Positions 1 to 8,929 of a stretch of 40,000 nt of DNA are shown here, piece after piece. The notes beneath the pieces were generated by a model. That model saw nothing but the letters and a program-made list of their open reading frames with translations. It had not been told where the DNA came from and did no database searches. The translations under genes were made by a program, and so were the position numbers. Position 1 is the stretch's first letter. Each line of letters begins with the position of its first letter. This stretch comes from Halobellus sp. (lineage in GTDB: Archaea; Halobacteriota; Halobacteria; Halobacteriales; Haloferacaceae): the NCBI RefSeq assembly GCF_042218505.1, contig NZ_JBDGQZ010000003.1:19353-59352 (forward strand), given 5' to 3'.

Positions 1-269
1 CGGAGGTCCGGATCTCGACGTCGGGGTCGGCGGATACTGTCACCGTGTCCGTCGCGGACAACGGGCCCGGCATCCCCGACGACCGGAAGAAGGAGATCCT
101 CGACGAGGGAGAGCGAGGCATCGACAGCAATGGGACCGGGTTGGGACTCTACCTCGTCAGAACGTTGGTCGATCGGTACGAGGGGGACGTCTGGGTGGAG
201 GACAACGAATACGGCGGGGCGACGTTCGTCGTCGAACTCCCCCGCGCCGACGGAATAGCGGGCGCGTAG
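1..269 (+). CDS. Sensor histidine kinase, C-terminal HATPase_c fragment (5' end lies outside the window)
   Basis: Frame 3 is open from the window edge. The translation ..TVSVADNGPGIPDDRKKEILDEGERGIDSNGTGLGLYLVRTLVDRYEGDVWVEDNEYGGATFVVELP carries the DxGxG (DNGPGI) and GxGLGL ATP-lid boxes of GHKL kinases. Confidence 0.85.
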   Translation, partial: EVRISTSGSADTVTVSVADNGPGIPDDRKKEILDEGERGIDSNGTGLGLYLVRTLVDRYEGDVWVEDNEYGGATFVVELPRADGIAGA

Positions 270-483
270 TATCGGGGCCTGTTCGGCTGGGCCTCGGCGC
301 TCACAGCTCGAAACCTATCAATATCACCGTGGATCTCGCTCCTGATCCGAACGATATCGCTGACCGGCACTCGATGCGAGGGGGGTGCCCCGTCACAGTC
401 AGGAGGAACGGTCTATATGCCGAAACGTTCGGACAGGACCGTTGTGCGGCGTACTCGGTGACCCGTATCGATCCGCGACGCGA

Positions 484-591
484 TTACGCGTCTCGCGAAT
501 TCTTCCAAGACAGATAGAGTTCAACGGCGGCGATGAGACTAATCACAACGCCGGCGGCGACCATCGTGGTGTCCGAGTCGATGTCGTCCAT
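484..591 (-). CDS. Possible 35-aa single-pass membrane micro-protein (very tentative)
   Basis: This is the 3' part of track ORF 484..948. Only this part (MDDIDSDTTMVAAGVVISLIAAVELYLSWKNSRDA) shows haloarchaeal GC-rich third codon positions and a hydrophobic helix. A TTTCGTAT stretch lies about 28 nt upstream of the ATG. The upstream 119 codons of the track ORF are basic and AT3-rich and look non-coding. Confidence 0.2.
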   Translation of the reverse strand: MDDIDSDTTMVAAGVVISLIAAVELYLSWKNSRDA

Positions 592-996
592 ACAGATACA
601 GAGCGTCGTAGATACGAAACAGTTTGGCATACCTGGAGGGTGGTATGAATGCCGACGCTCGACGACGCAGTCGCGTGTTGACAGCACTCGGGCGTGTGGC
701 CGTCGAACAAAGCGATATGTGTACTCGGTCCGAATCGGCCCGTAAGTGATGGTGACGACGAGAGATCGAAACAACGACAGCAGCGAGATGCTGTTTGCCG
801 TCTGTATGATCGTCCTGTCCGTGGTAATATTTCTCGCGGTCCGCAACAATGAAAAAGCGAGTTCGTAGCCCCCTATCGCTGGTGTTGGAGCGACCCCAGT
901 GAGAAGTCGTTCGCCCCGAGAGGTCGATGCTAACGGGTGAGAGAGCATCTCACGGGGTATGCGAAGTGATTTACCTCCTTAGGCCAATTAATCGGT

Positions 997-1236
997 GTGA
1001 GCGAAACAACTGAAGAGACGACGACAGCGGCCGCAGACGGAATAAATGCTGACGGTCTCACCCCCGCCGTACTGGCATCGGTCGGTTCAGTCGCCCTGGC
1101 ACTGTACTTCTACTACGTACGCGGCGACAAACAGCGCGGCCAATTCGTCGGCTTCTGGCCCGTCACGATACTCGGCCTCGCGTCGTACTTCAAACTGGAA
1201 GAAATCAAGCAGATGCTGGCAGAGCAGGACGAGTAA
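997..1236 (+). CDS. Small two-helix membrane protein, hypothetical
   Basis: 79-aa ORF with a GTG start. It has an acidic N-terminus followed by two hydrophobic segments (LTPAVLASVGSVALALYFYYV and FVGFWPVTILGLASYF). A TATA-like GATTTACC lies about 25 nt upstream. Third-position GC is only moderate. Confidence 0.5.
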   Translation: MSETTEETTTAAADGINADGLTPAVLASVGSVALALYFYYVRGDKQRGQFVGFWPVTILGLASYFKLEEIKQMLAEQDE

Positions 1237-1764
1237 CCCACCGAACCGACCACGCGGGCGAACGAGTTTGACCACGGAGTCGAGGCTGGTCGGTTTGTCG
1301 GCCGGCTGTTCTGATTGGCCGTTCTTCGCGGGGCGTGTAGTGATCAGATGGATACGTGCGTCGATGAAATCGACGCCGACCCTCCGGTATGGAATGTCAC
1401 GCCGCTCGGATAGAAGAGAAGCCGTCTACAGTGTGCTGAAGCCGTCTCCGACGGTGGTCACGGGGTGCCGCCATTGAGTATCCGAGCGTCGTCTCCATCA
1501 CCGACAGAAATGCTCCTTTTAGAAAGCTGGAGACGCGGCTCGCGGACGGACAGTCCCGGGTTCGCTACCAGGCGGGTCGAGAACTGGCCTCGGCACTCAC
1601 GACTCACAATCCATCCATAGTGAATGTGTTTAGCGGTGCTATAGACGCTGCTCAATCCGTAATCCGACGAGAAGTACGCGGCCTCGACGGCGGAGTAGTC
1701 GGCGACAGGCTATCGAGGTGCCGCGAGCGACCGGGAGCCTCGCCGCTCGTCCGCTCGTCCCGAC

Positions 1765-2571
1765 TCAGGTGTCCGCCGCGAGCCGGTCGAGTCCCGCGAG
1801 CGCGGCCGCGAGGACGACCACGGCGAGGACGGTGACGAGCAGGATGGTCGAGACGACGCTCACGAGCGGGTCGAGGCTCTGGCGGAGGGAGTTCCAGGCC
1901 TGCACCGGGACGGTCCGGGTCTCAGGGCCGGAGAGGAACAGCGCCATCACGAACTCCTGGAGGCTGACGATGAACGCCACCAGCCCCGCGACCACGAGGC
2001 CCGCGCGTATCTCGGGGACGACGACGGTCAGGAACGCCCGCGACCGGGAGGCCCCGAGGTCCAGCGCCGCCTCGTGGAGTCGCCAGTCGAACCGCGCGAA
2101 CGCCGACTGGACGACCGAGAACGACAGCGGCGTCGCCCACAGCGAGTGGGCCAGCACGAGCGCGCCGTAGCTCTGCTGGAGGCCGAAGCGGCTGAAGAAG
2201 GTCAGCAGCGTGACGCCGATGATGACACCCGGCACCAGCAGCGGCAGGACCGCAAGGCCGACCAGTCCCGTCCGGAACCGGCCGCCGGTGGAACGCACTC
2301 CGAGTGCGGCGGTGACGCCCACGACGAGTGCGACGACGGTCGTGCCGGCAGCCACGAGCAGGCTGTTCACCATCGACCGGAGCCACGTCGGCGAGGCGAG
2401 CAGTTCCCCGAACCACCGCAGCGACAGCTCCGTGGGCGGGAACACGACGGCACTCGAGGCGTCGAAGGCCGTCGCCACGACGATACCGAGCGGCAGGACG
2501 AGGAACCCGAACAGGACCGCGACGACGACCCACAGCAGGACCCCCCGGAACCGCTCAGCCAAGGAGCTCAC
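1765..2571 (-). CDS. ABC transporter permease (PotC/binding-protein-dependent family)
   Basis: 268-aa polytopic protein with the EAA-type loop HEAALDLGASRSRAFLTVVVP. It overlaps the upstream permease gene by 17 nt, so they form an operon. Confidence 0.9.
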   Translation of the reverse strand: MSSLAERFRGVLLWVVVAVLFGFLVLPLGIVVATAFDASSAVVFPPTELSLRWFGELLASPTWLRSMVNSLLVAAGTTVVALVVGVTAALGVRSTGGRFRTGLVGLAVLPLLVPGVIIGVTLLTFFSRFGLQQSYGALVLAHSLWATPLSFSVVQSAFARFDWRLHEAALDLGASRSRAFLTVVVPEIRAGLVVAGLVAFIVSLQEFVMALFLSGPETRTVPVQAWNSLRQSLDPLVSVVSTILLVTVLAVVVLAAALAGLDRLAADT

Positions 2572-3448
2572 CTCCGTCGTCGAGCCGCCAGAGCCCGACC
2601 AGCAGTGTCACGAGGACGACAGAGACGGTGACGACCGCCAGCGCCGCGGCTGCCGGCCAGTCGAAGTCCGTCAACAGGAGCTGTGAGACGAGGATGGCCG
2701 CCGTCTGTTCGCTCCCGGACCCGACCAGCAGCGGCGCGGGGTAGGCTCCCACCGACCACGTGAAGCTGATGATGCCCGCCACCGCCACGCCCGGGCGGAC
2801 GTGCGGGACGACCACCTCGCGGAACACCCGCGTCCGGTCGGCGCCGAGGTCCAGAGCCGCCTCGACGAGCCGGTCGTCGAGCGTCGACAGCACCGCGTAT
2901 ACCGCCAGCACCGCGTAGGGGACGACGATGTACAGCTGTGCCAGGACCGCGCCAGTGAGGTTGTCCACGAGCAGGAGTGGCTCGGCGAGCAACCCGACCG
3001 CCCCCAGAGCGTCGTTGACGACACCGCGGGGCGAGAACACGAGCACGACCGCGAACAGCTTGACGACGGTGGTGGTGAAAAGCGAACAGACCGCGCCGGC
3101 GAGCAGGAGCCGGCGAGTCCATCCCGTCGCCCGCCAGGCGGCGTAGGCGTAGACGACGGCGACGGCGACCGCCAGCACGGTCACGAGCACGCCGAAGACG
3201 AGCGTGAACCCGAGTATCTCGTGGACCAGCGGCGTCTCCGCGACGTAGCGGTACCCGTCCAGCGACCAGGTCCCCTCGACGAACGCGCCGCCGTCGCTCC
3301 GCGCGGTGAGGCTCACCCGCACGAGGTAGGCCATCGGCACGAGGAAGACGAGCACGTCCAGTGCCAGCAGCGGCACCAGCAGTGCCGCCGTCCGCCACCG
3401 TGTCGGGAGGCCGGACAGTCCCACCGCCCGCGCGTCGGTCAGCGACAC
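2555..3448 (-). CDS. ABC transporter permease (PotB-like)
   Basis: 297-aa polytopic protein with the EAA loop VEAALDLGADRTRVFREVVVP. It overlaps the ATPase gene by 10 nt. Confidence 0.9.
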   Translation of the reverse strand: MSLTDARAVGLSGLPTRWRTAALLVPLLALDVLVFLVPMAYLVRVSLTARSDGGAFVEGTWSLDGYRYVAETPLVHEILGFTLVFGVLVTVLAVAVAVVYAYAAWRATGWTRRLLLAGAVCSLFTTTVVKLFAVVLVFSPRGVVNDALGAVGLLAEPLLLVDNLTGAVLAQLYIVVPYAVLAVYAVLSTLDDRLVEAALDLGADRTRVFREVVVPHVRPGVAVAGIISFTWSVGAYPAPLLVGSGSEQTAAILVSQLLLTDFDWPAAAALAVVTVSVVLVTLLVGLWRLDDGGELLG

Positions 3449-4548
3449 CGTGCCCCCGTCGCGTCGAAGTAGACCGCCCTCGCCGGGTCCCAGGACACGA
3501 CAACCCGGTCACCCGCCGTCCCGGTCCACTCGCCGGCCGGCCGCTCAACGAACAGCGTCGTCTCGCCGACGTCGAGTCGCACCCGCACGTCCGCCCCGCG
3601 GTGGACCACCTCGGTGACCGTCCCGGCGACGGTGACGGTGTCGGTCGCCGTCCCCCCGTCCTCGACCCGCTGTGTCGCCGCCGGTTCCGGCCTGACCGTC
3701 AGCCGCTCCGGCCTGAGCGAGACCGTCACGCTGTCGCCGGGCGCGAGTCCAGCCCCGTCGACGGGCGCGCGGGCCTCGACACCCAGCGGTGTCTCGAGCA
3801 CCGGCGACCCCTCGACGGCGGCCACCCGGCACTCGACGAAGTTCGTCGTCCCGAGGAACCCCTCGACGAAGCGGTCGGCCGGGTCGTCGTACACCGTCGA
3901 CGGCTCGCCGACCTGCACGAGTTCGCCGTCGGCCATCACGCCCATCCGGTCCGCCAGCGTGAACGTCTCGTTCTGGTCGTGAGTGACGTACAGCATCGTC
4001 GTCCCGACCTGCTCGTGGATGCGCTTCAGTTCGAGTTGCATCGTCTCCCGGAGCTTCCGGTCGAGGTTCGACAGCGGTTCGTCCAGCAGGAGGAGGTCCG
4101 GGTCGACCGCGAGCGACCGCGCCAGCGCGACCCGCTGTTTCTGGCCGCCGCTCAGCTGGTCCGGCGTCGCGTCCTCGTAGCCCGCCATCTCGACCAGGTC
4201 GAGCATCTCGCGGGCGCGCTCGTGGCGCTCGGTCCTGCCGACGCCGGCCATCTTCGGGCCGAAGGCGACGTTGCCGAGCACCGTCTCGCTGGGGAACAGC
4301 GCCCAGTCCTGGAACACCATCGAGCAGTCCCGATCGTAGGGCTCGGCGTCGGTCACCTCCACGCCCCCGAGTTCGACCCGTCCAGTGGTGGGGTCCTCGA
4401 AGCCGGCGATGGTGCGCAGGACCGTCGACTTACCCGAGCCGCTGGGGCCGAGGAGACAGAACAGTTCCCCCTCGGCGACCGACAGCGAGACGTCGTCGAC
4501 GGCCGTGAGGTCCCCGTACGCGACGGTCGCCCCCGAGAGCTCAAGCAT
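3439..4548 (-). CDS. ABC transporter ATP-binding protein with C-terminal TOBE-like domain (PotA/MalK/FbpC type)
   Basis: Walker A GPSGSGKST, signature LSGGQKQRVALARSL and Walker B LLLLDEP are present. The C-terminal roughly 120 aa form a beta-rich regulatory domain. Confidence 0.95.
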   Translation of the reverse strand: MLELSGATVAYGDLTAVDDVSLSVAEGELFCLLGPSGSGKSTVLRTIAGFEDPTTGRVELGGVEVTDAEPYDRDCSMVFQDWALFPSETVLGNVAFGPKMAGVGRTERHERAREMLDLVEMAGYEDATPDQLSGGQKQRVALARSLAVDPDLLLLDEPLSNLDRKLRETMQLELKRIHEQVGTTMLYVTHDQNETFTLADRMGVMADGELVQVGEPSTVYDDPADRFVEGFLGTTNFVECRVAAVEGSPVLETPLGVEARAPVDGAGLAPGDSVTVSLRPERLTVRPEPAATQRVEDGGTATDTVTVAGTVTEVVHRGADVRVRLDVGETTLFVERPAGEWTGTAGDRVVVSWDPARAVYFDATGARCR

Positions 4549-5643
4549 CTAGTTGTCCTGGACGAACGCGCGGAACCGCTCGTTCATCTCGCCCGAGAAC
4601 TCCGCGACGCGAGCGAAGTTCTGGAAGGCCACCTCCTGGAGGCCTTCGTTCGTCGTCGGCAGGTTCTCCGCGGTCGTCTCCGGGTACTCCGTCTCCTCGT
4701 GGGAGAACCCGAGGTTGAACTCCGCGGCGTAGGCGCTCTGTGTCTCGGGGTCCAGTAGGAAGTCGATGAACTCCCGGGCCTGCTCCCGCCTGTCGGTCCC
4801 GCGGACGACCTGGTAGTAGTCGATGTACCCCGTCGTCGGCTCCGGGACGGTCACGCCGATGTCGAACTCGTCCGTCGTCCGTGCCTTCTGGAGGCCGTAG
4901 GCGAAGAAGTAGTGCCCCACGTCGGCGAGTCCCTCGTTGAGCGCGGTCCAGAGCTGCTGGGTCCCCTGGTAGAACGTCGACACCGGCAGACCCTCGATGG
5001 TCTCCAGCAGGCCGTCGAGGTACTGCCGGTCGTACACCTCGTCGGCCAGCGGTTCGTCGTCCGACAACAGCGCCGCCATCATGAACAGCTTCAGCCAGAA
5101 GTCACTCGGGAGCGCGAGGTTCTCGGCCTCGGGGGACTGCACGTCGCTCCAGGACTCCGGGTCCCACGTGGCCGTCGCCTCGTTGTAGACGTAGGCGTGG
5201 ACGCCGTAGGCCACGGGCACGCCCGTCTCTGCCATCTGGTACTCCCGGAGGTTCGGCTTGATACCGCCCGCGTTCGAGAGGTCGTCGTAGTTCACCGGCT
5301 CCCAGAGGTCGTCCTGCTGGCCGCGGTAGTTGGTCCGCCCGACCCCGACGGTCACGTCGAACGGCGGGTCGTCCGCCGGGGACTGGCGTATCTTCGAGAG
5401 GATTCCCTGCCAGTTGCCGGTCACCTCCAGCGTGTTCCCGGTCTGGTCCTCGTACCGCGGCTTGATGACCTCGCGGAACACCGTCTCGTTGGTGCCACTC
5501 CAGGCCGAGACCCGGAGCGTGTCACCACCGGTGGACCCTGTCCCACCCGTACAGCCACTCAGCGCGGTGGTGGCCGCGCCCCCCGCGGCCAGCAGTCCTC
5601 GACGTGTGATACGGCTTGAGACGTCCGTCTCGCGGTCCGTCAT
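4549..5643 (-). CDS. ABC transporter substrate-binding lipoprotein (PotD/PotF-like fold), Tat-exported
   Basis: Twin-arginine motif SRITRRGLLAAGG followed by the lipobox LSGC. The size (364 aa) and its position directly abutting the ATPase gene fit a periplasmic-binding-protein component. The substrate cannot be determined from sequence alone. Confidence 0.88.
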   Translation of the reverse strand: MTDRETDVSSRITRRGLLAAGGAATTALSGCTGGTGSTGGDTLRVSAWSGTNETVFREVIKPRYEDQTGNTLEVTGNWQGILSKIRQSPADDPPFDVTVGVGRTNYRGQQDDLWEPVNYDDLSNAGGIKPNLREYQMAETGVPVAYGVHAYVYNEATATWDPESWSDVQSPEAENLALPSDFWLKLFMMAALLSDDEPLADEVYDRQYLDGLLETIEGLPVSTFYQGTQQLWTALNEGLADVGHYFFAYGLQKARTTDEFDIGVTVPEPTTGYIDYYQVVRGTDRREQAREFIDFLLDPETQSAYAAEFNLGFSHEETEYPETTAENLPTTNEGLQEVAFQNFARVAEFSGEMNERFRAFVQDN

Positions 5644-5811
5644 CGGTATTTAGTTGGGCGTATCGAAGAAAAGTTCACGGATTCTGCGGCACGGCGAGCG
5701 CGACCGTACTCGGAGGTGACCTCGGCACTCATAGGGCTCGTCGTCGCCGGGCGCCACCCCGGCTCTGAGTGGTGCCATCGTCATCGGCCGAGTGGTAGTA
5801 CGGTCGCGGAC

Positions 5812-5816
5812 AAAAA
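5812..5816 (-). terminator. T5 tract downstream of aIF2-beta (candidate archaeal oligo-U terminator)
   Basis: The minus strand reads CTTTTTGTCC 24-28 nt after the TGA stop at 5840-5842. Oligo-T tracts are the usual archaeal termination signal. Confidence 0.35.
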
Positions 5817-5839
5817 GAAGGTTCGGCGCGGTCGTCGAC

Positions 5840-6448
5840 TCAGACGACTCGGGCGAACGCGAGTGTGCCGCTGGTTCGCTCGATGATTGCGCGGACGGTC
5901 TGGCCCTCACGCGCGCCGGAGACGAAGATCGTGAATTTGCCTTTCTCGGCGACGCCGTCGCCCTTCCGCCCGGTGCCGGTGATCTCGAGCTCGTAGGTCG
6001 TCCCCTCCTCGACGGCGGGGCCGGACGACGACTGCGTTTGTGCCGAGCGCTTCGTGACGGGGCGGAACGCCCCACAGGCCTCACAGCGGAGCATATCGAC
6101 GCCGTCCTCGGTGACGAGGCGGGTGTCGGGCAGGCCACACTCGCTGCAGGTAACGTACTCGGCGATGTACTCGTCGAGCGCCGCCTGGAAGTCCGCGACG
6201 GTGAACGAGCCGTTGTACCGCGCACGGTCGCCGTGGAACTGGCCGTTCGTACCGAGTTCGCGCTGAACGTTGCTATGGACCTGTTCGGCCTCGCGGCCGA
6301 GCGCGTCGGCGATTTCGCCGAGGTTCGTCAGGCGTGTGAACGCGCCGTCTGTCTCGCCGGCGGGGTCCGGTACGTCGAGTCGAGACTGTTCCTCGTTCCG
6401 CTCTGGGAGCGCCTCAAGCGCTCGGTCCAGCGAATCAGCGTAGTTCAT
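5840..6448 (-). CDS. eif2b: Translation initiation factor aIF2 beta subunit fused to a C-terminal TRAM domain
   Basis: The N-terminal part MNYADSLDRALEALPE..ARYNGSFTV and the zinc ribbon CSECGLPDT..CEACGA are typical of aIF2-beta. The C-terminal YELEITGTGRKGDGVAEKGKFTIFVSGAREGQTVRAIIERTSGTLAFARVV is TRAM-like. I prefer the ATG at 6448 because a TATAC box lies about 26 nt upstream; the track start is 6457. Confidence 0.9.
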   Translation of the reverse strand: MNYADSLDRALEALPERNEEQSRLDVPDPAGETDGAFTRLTNLGEIADALGREAEQVHSNVQRELGTNGQFHGDRARYNGSFTVADFQAALDEYIAEYVTCSECGLPDTRLVTEDGVDMLRCEACGAFRPVTKRSAQTQSSSGPAVEEGTTYELEITGTGRKGDGVAEKGKFTIFVSGAREGQTVRAIIERTSGTLAFARVV

Positions 6449-6517
6449 ACACGTCAAAATGGGCGGGGCCGTATAGCCATTCCGTGAGTCGCATTCGCGT
6501 ACGACTGGGGCCTGCGT

Positions 6518-6865
6518 TCAGTCGTCGCCGGGCGATATGCTCACCAGGTTCGCCTCGTCAGCGAGATTCGTCAGGCGGTCTGTTGCCGAGGCGTCGAACT
6601 GGCGCTGACAGCGTCGCGTCCAAGCGTCGGTTGCGGCCGCCGAGGACGGGTCGGTGGCGACCTCAGTGTCGGCCCTCACTGTCGGGTCCGCAGGTGCCGC
6701 CGGCGTCTCGTCGGTGGTTGTCGAGTTCGGTCGGTCGGTGCGAGTCTGGCGTGTGTGACTGGGGGTAGTGCTCACGGGAAATCGGGTCGTGGGAAGTCGC
6801 AGACGGTCGTACGGCGGTACACGTGGTAGAGGAGTAAATCGAGCGCGTACGCGTGTGACTAACAT
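6518..6865 (-). CDS. Hypothetical protein, or a non-coding transcript with a short 3' ORF
   Basis: An ATG at 6865 sits about 25 nt downstream of a strong AT-rich TATA region. The first roughly 60 codons are basic with low GC3. Only the last roughly 50 codons (..VATDPSSAAATDAWTRRCQRQFDASATDRLTNLADEANLVSISPGDD) look coding. Confidence 0.3.
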   Translation of the reverse strand: MLVTRVRARFTPLPRVPPYDRLRLPTTRFPVSTTPSHTRQTRTDRPNSTTTDETPAAPADPTVRADTEVATDPSSAAATDAWTRRCQRQFDASATDRLTNLADEANLVSISPGDD

Positions 6866-6884
6866 ATGGTCGATCAACGACCCC

Positions 6885-6897
6885 AATTATCATAAAT
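6885..6897 (-). promoter_or_regulatory. Strong TATA-like box (minus strand AATATTTATGATAATT)
   Basis: This is an AT-only stretch in a GC-rich genome. It lies immediately after the dys stop and about 25 nt before the ATG at 6865, the geometry of a leaderless archaeal transcript. Confidence 0.45.
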
Positions 6898-6899
6898 AT

Positions 6900-7991
6900 T
6901 TATTTGTGACTCTCGCCGGCTCGTTCCCGAGCGGCGGCGACCACCAGCGGCAGCGTGATGGTGGCGTCGCCGACGACCGTGACGTTCCGTGCCGATTTCT
7001 CGAGTTTACCCCACGAGCGCGCCTCGTCGAGCGTCGCACCCGAGAGCCCGCCGGTGGTGTGTGAGTCCGTCGTCAACTGGACCGCGTAGTCGTAGGCGTC
7101 GGGGATGGTCAACATCGTCTGCAGTACGTAGTTCTTCGGAACGCCACCGCCGACGAGCATCGCCCCGGCCCGCTCAGCATCGAACGCGAGGTCCGAGAGG
7201 TGTGTCATATCGCCGAGCGCGTTCAGTCCGAAGTCGGAGGTCTGTGAGTAGATCCACGCCTGGATTCCGAGCACGGAGTCTTGGATCGCCGGGCAGTAGA
7301 TCGGCACGTCATTCCCGTGTGCGGCGGCGGCGATGCCAGCATCCTCCGCGACGTCGCGCTTGCGGTTCTGCTCGGCGTTCGCCCGGCCGAGTTCGGCGGT
7401 GAACTCCTGGATTGGGACGCGGCGCTCGACCGTCGGAAAGACGTTGTCGCGGAGGTGGGACTCGAACAGCGAGAAGTGCTCTTGGGGGAGATAGACGTTG
7501 TAGATGCGATCGATACCCTCGTCGCGGAGATTTTCGTCGTGATCACGCAGCGTCTCGCCCGTCGGTTCGGCGTCGGGGTTCGCCGGGTGCGGATCGTCCG
7601 GTTCCGCGCGGCCGTGATGATGCTTCCCGCCGATGGCCTCGATTGCGTCGTGGGTAAGATTCGCGCCGGTGGTCACCAGCGCGTCGATGTGACCGTCGCG
7701 GATCAGATCGGCAACGACCTGGCGCATCCCCGTCGGCACCATCGCCCCCGCCAGTCCGAAGAAGTTGGTCACGTCGTCGGCGCGGAGCATCTCCGCGTAG
7801 ACGTCCACGGCGTTTTCGACGCTGGCCGCCCCGATGCCGGCCTTCCCGTACTCCGTGGCCAGTTCCCCGACGGACATCCCGCCGCGGACCTGGGCGTGTC
7901 CGATCGGTGCCTCGTGGAACTCCTCGCGGGCCGGATCGTGTTCGTGTGTCGATCCGCCGCCCGACTCGGACTCTGATGACTCGTCGCTCAT
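6900..7991 (-). CDS. dys: Deoxyhypusine synthase
   Basis: 363 aa. Matching segments are FFGLAGAMVPTGMRQVVADLIRDGHIDALVTTGANLTHD and LVGGGVPKNYVLQ, characteristic of the DHS family. An acidic N-terminal extension is typical of halophiles. Confidence 0.95.
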   Translation of the reverse strand: MSDESSESESGGGSTHEHDPAREEFHEAPIGHAQVRGGMSVGELATEYGKAGIGAASVENAVDVYAEMLRADDVTNFFGLAGAMVPTGMRQVVADLIRDGHIDALVTTGANLTHDAIEAIGGKHHHGRAEPDDPHPANPDAEPTGETLRDHDENLRDEGIDRIYNVYLPQEHFSLFESHLRDNVFPTVERRVPIQEFTAELGRANAEQNRKRDVAEDAGIAAAAHGNDVPIYCPAIQDSVLGIQAWIYSQTSDFGLNALGDMTHLSDLAFDAERAGAMLVGGGVPKNYVLQTMLTIPDAYDYAVQLTTDSHTTGGLSGATLDEARSWGKLEKSARNVTVVGDATITLPLVVAAARERAGESHK

Positions 7992-8057
7992 ACCGCGTGG
8001 TGGGCGATCCGACCGGTTATGTCCCGCGATCCGTCGGCGAGCGGGGTTGGTACTGAA

Positions 8058-8849
8058 TTACAGCCCCGTGGGGTGCGACAGGATCGTCGTCTCGATTCCC
8101 CACTCCGAAGTCAGTTCCGCGAGGCGTTCGACGCCGAACGTCTCGGTGGCGTAGTGGCCGGCGAGGAACACGTGCATCCCGGCCTCGCGGGCCTCGTGGT
8201 ACACCTGTTGCTTCCCCTCTCCCGTGATGAGAGCATCGACGCCCGCGTCGGCGGCCTCACCGAGCCAGTCGACGCCCGATCCGGTGACGATGGCGACGTC
8301 GCGGATCTCCGTTGGGCCGAATTCGAGCACCTGCGGCGCTCGCCCGTGGTTGTCGAGGTCGGCGAGTAGCGCCTCGAGATCCGAAACGTCGTACGCCTCG
8401 GGCGCACGGCCACGACGACCGATAGTCACCGGACCGAGGTGGCCGAACACCTCCTGTTCCGCCAGGTCCAGATAATCGGCGAGGCCGGCGGCGTTCCCGA
8501 GTGAGGGATGGCCGTCCAGCGGAAGGTGTGAGACGTACAGCGCGAGGTCGTGTTCGATGAGCGACGCGACGTTGGCGTACTCGCGCCCGGTGACGCGGTC
8601 GAGTCCGCCCCAGATGAGGCCGTGATGCGTTAGCAGGAGGTCCGCGCCCGCGTCGGCGGCGGCCTCGATTGTCGCCGCCGCTGCGTCGACAGCGACAGCG
8701 ACGTGCTCGATCTCCGGTGGCGACTCCCGGGCGGTGCGCGCCACGTCGCCGGGACCCACCTGCAGGCCGTTCGCACTGGCATCGACGTCGGCGTACTCGT
8801 CGGTCGCGAGGCGGTCGTCGAGGCGGTCGGTGAGCGTCCTCAGGTCCAT
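8058..8849 (-). CDS. NIF3-family dinuclear metal centre protein (DUF34, YbgI/GTP cyclohydrolase 1 type 2 homolog)
   Basis: Starts at MDLRTLTDRLD (ATG 8849). Motifs LLLTHHGLIW, VSHLPLDGHP and LAGHYATE are present. The 112-codon 5' extension in the track ORF is Arg-rich and overlaps the agmatinase gene, so I rejected it. Confidence 0.9.
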   Translation of the reverse strand: MDLRTLTDRLDDRLATDEYADVDASANGLQVGPGDVARTARESPPEIEHVAVAVDAAAATIEAAADAGADLLLTHHGLIWGGLDRVTGREYANVASLIEHDLALYVSHLPLDGHPSLGNAAGLADYLDLAEQEVFGHLGPVTIGRRGRAPEAYDVSDLEALLADLDNHGRAPQVLEFGPTEIRDVAIVTGSGVDWLGEAADAGVDALITGEGKQQVYHEAREAGMHVFLAGHYATETFGVERLAELTSEWGIETTILSHPTGL

Positions 8850-8929
8850 ATCCGGCTTCTCGGCCTTCCGGCCGATAGGTCTTGCTTCACGGCCGCGAGA
8901 ACCGGCGTCGGGCGACGGACCGCCGAGGC

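Noticed and set aside
1458-1655. 65-aa ORF (minus strand) and neighbouring frames in the 1237-1764 gap, considered as a gene or transposase remnant.
   Set aside because: It has only moderate codon bias and no recognisable motif. The frame continuity is broken by stops. I cannot support any call without a database search, so the region is left unannotated and flagged in the findings.
6844-6853. A shared GCGTACGC core in the palindromes CGCGTACGCG (6844-6853) and AGCGTACGCT (17146-17155), considered as a common regulatory motif.
   Set aside because: Only two occurrences exist, and the shorter CGTACG hexamer occurs about as often as chance predicts in 40 kb. This is not enough to claim a motif.
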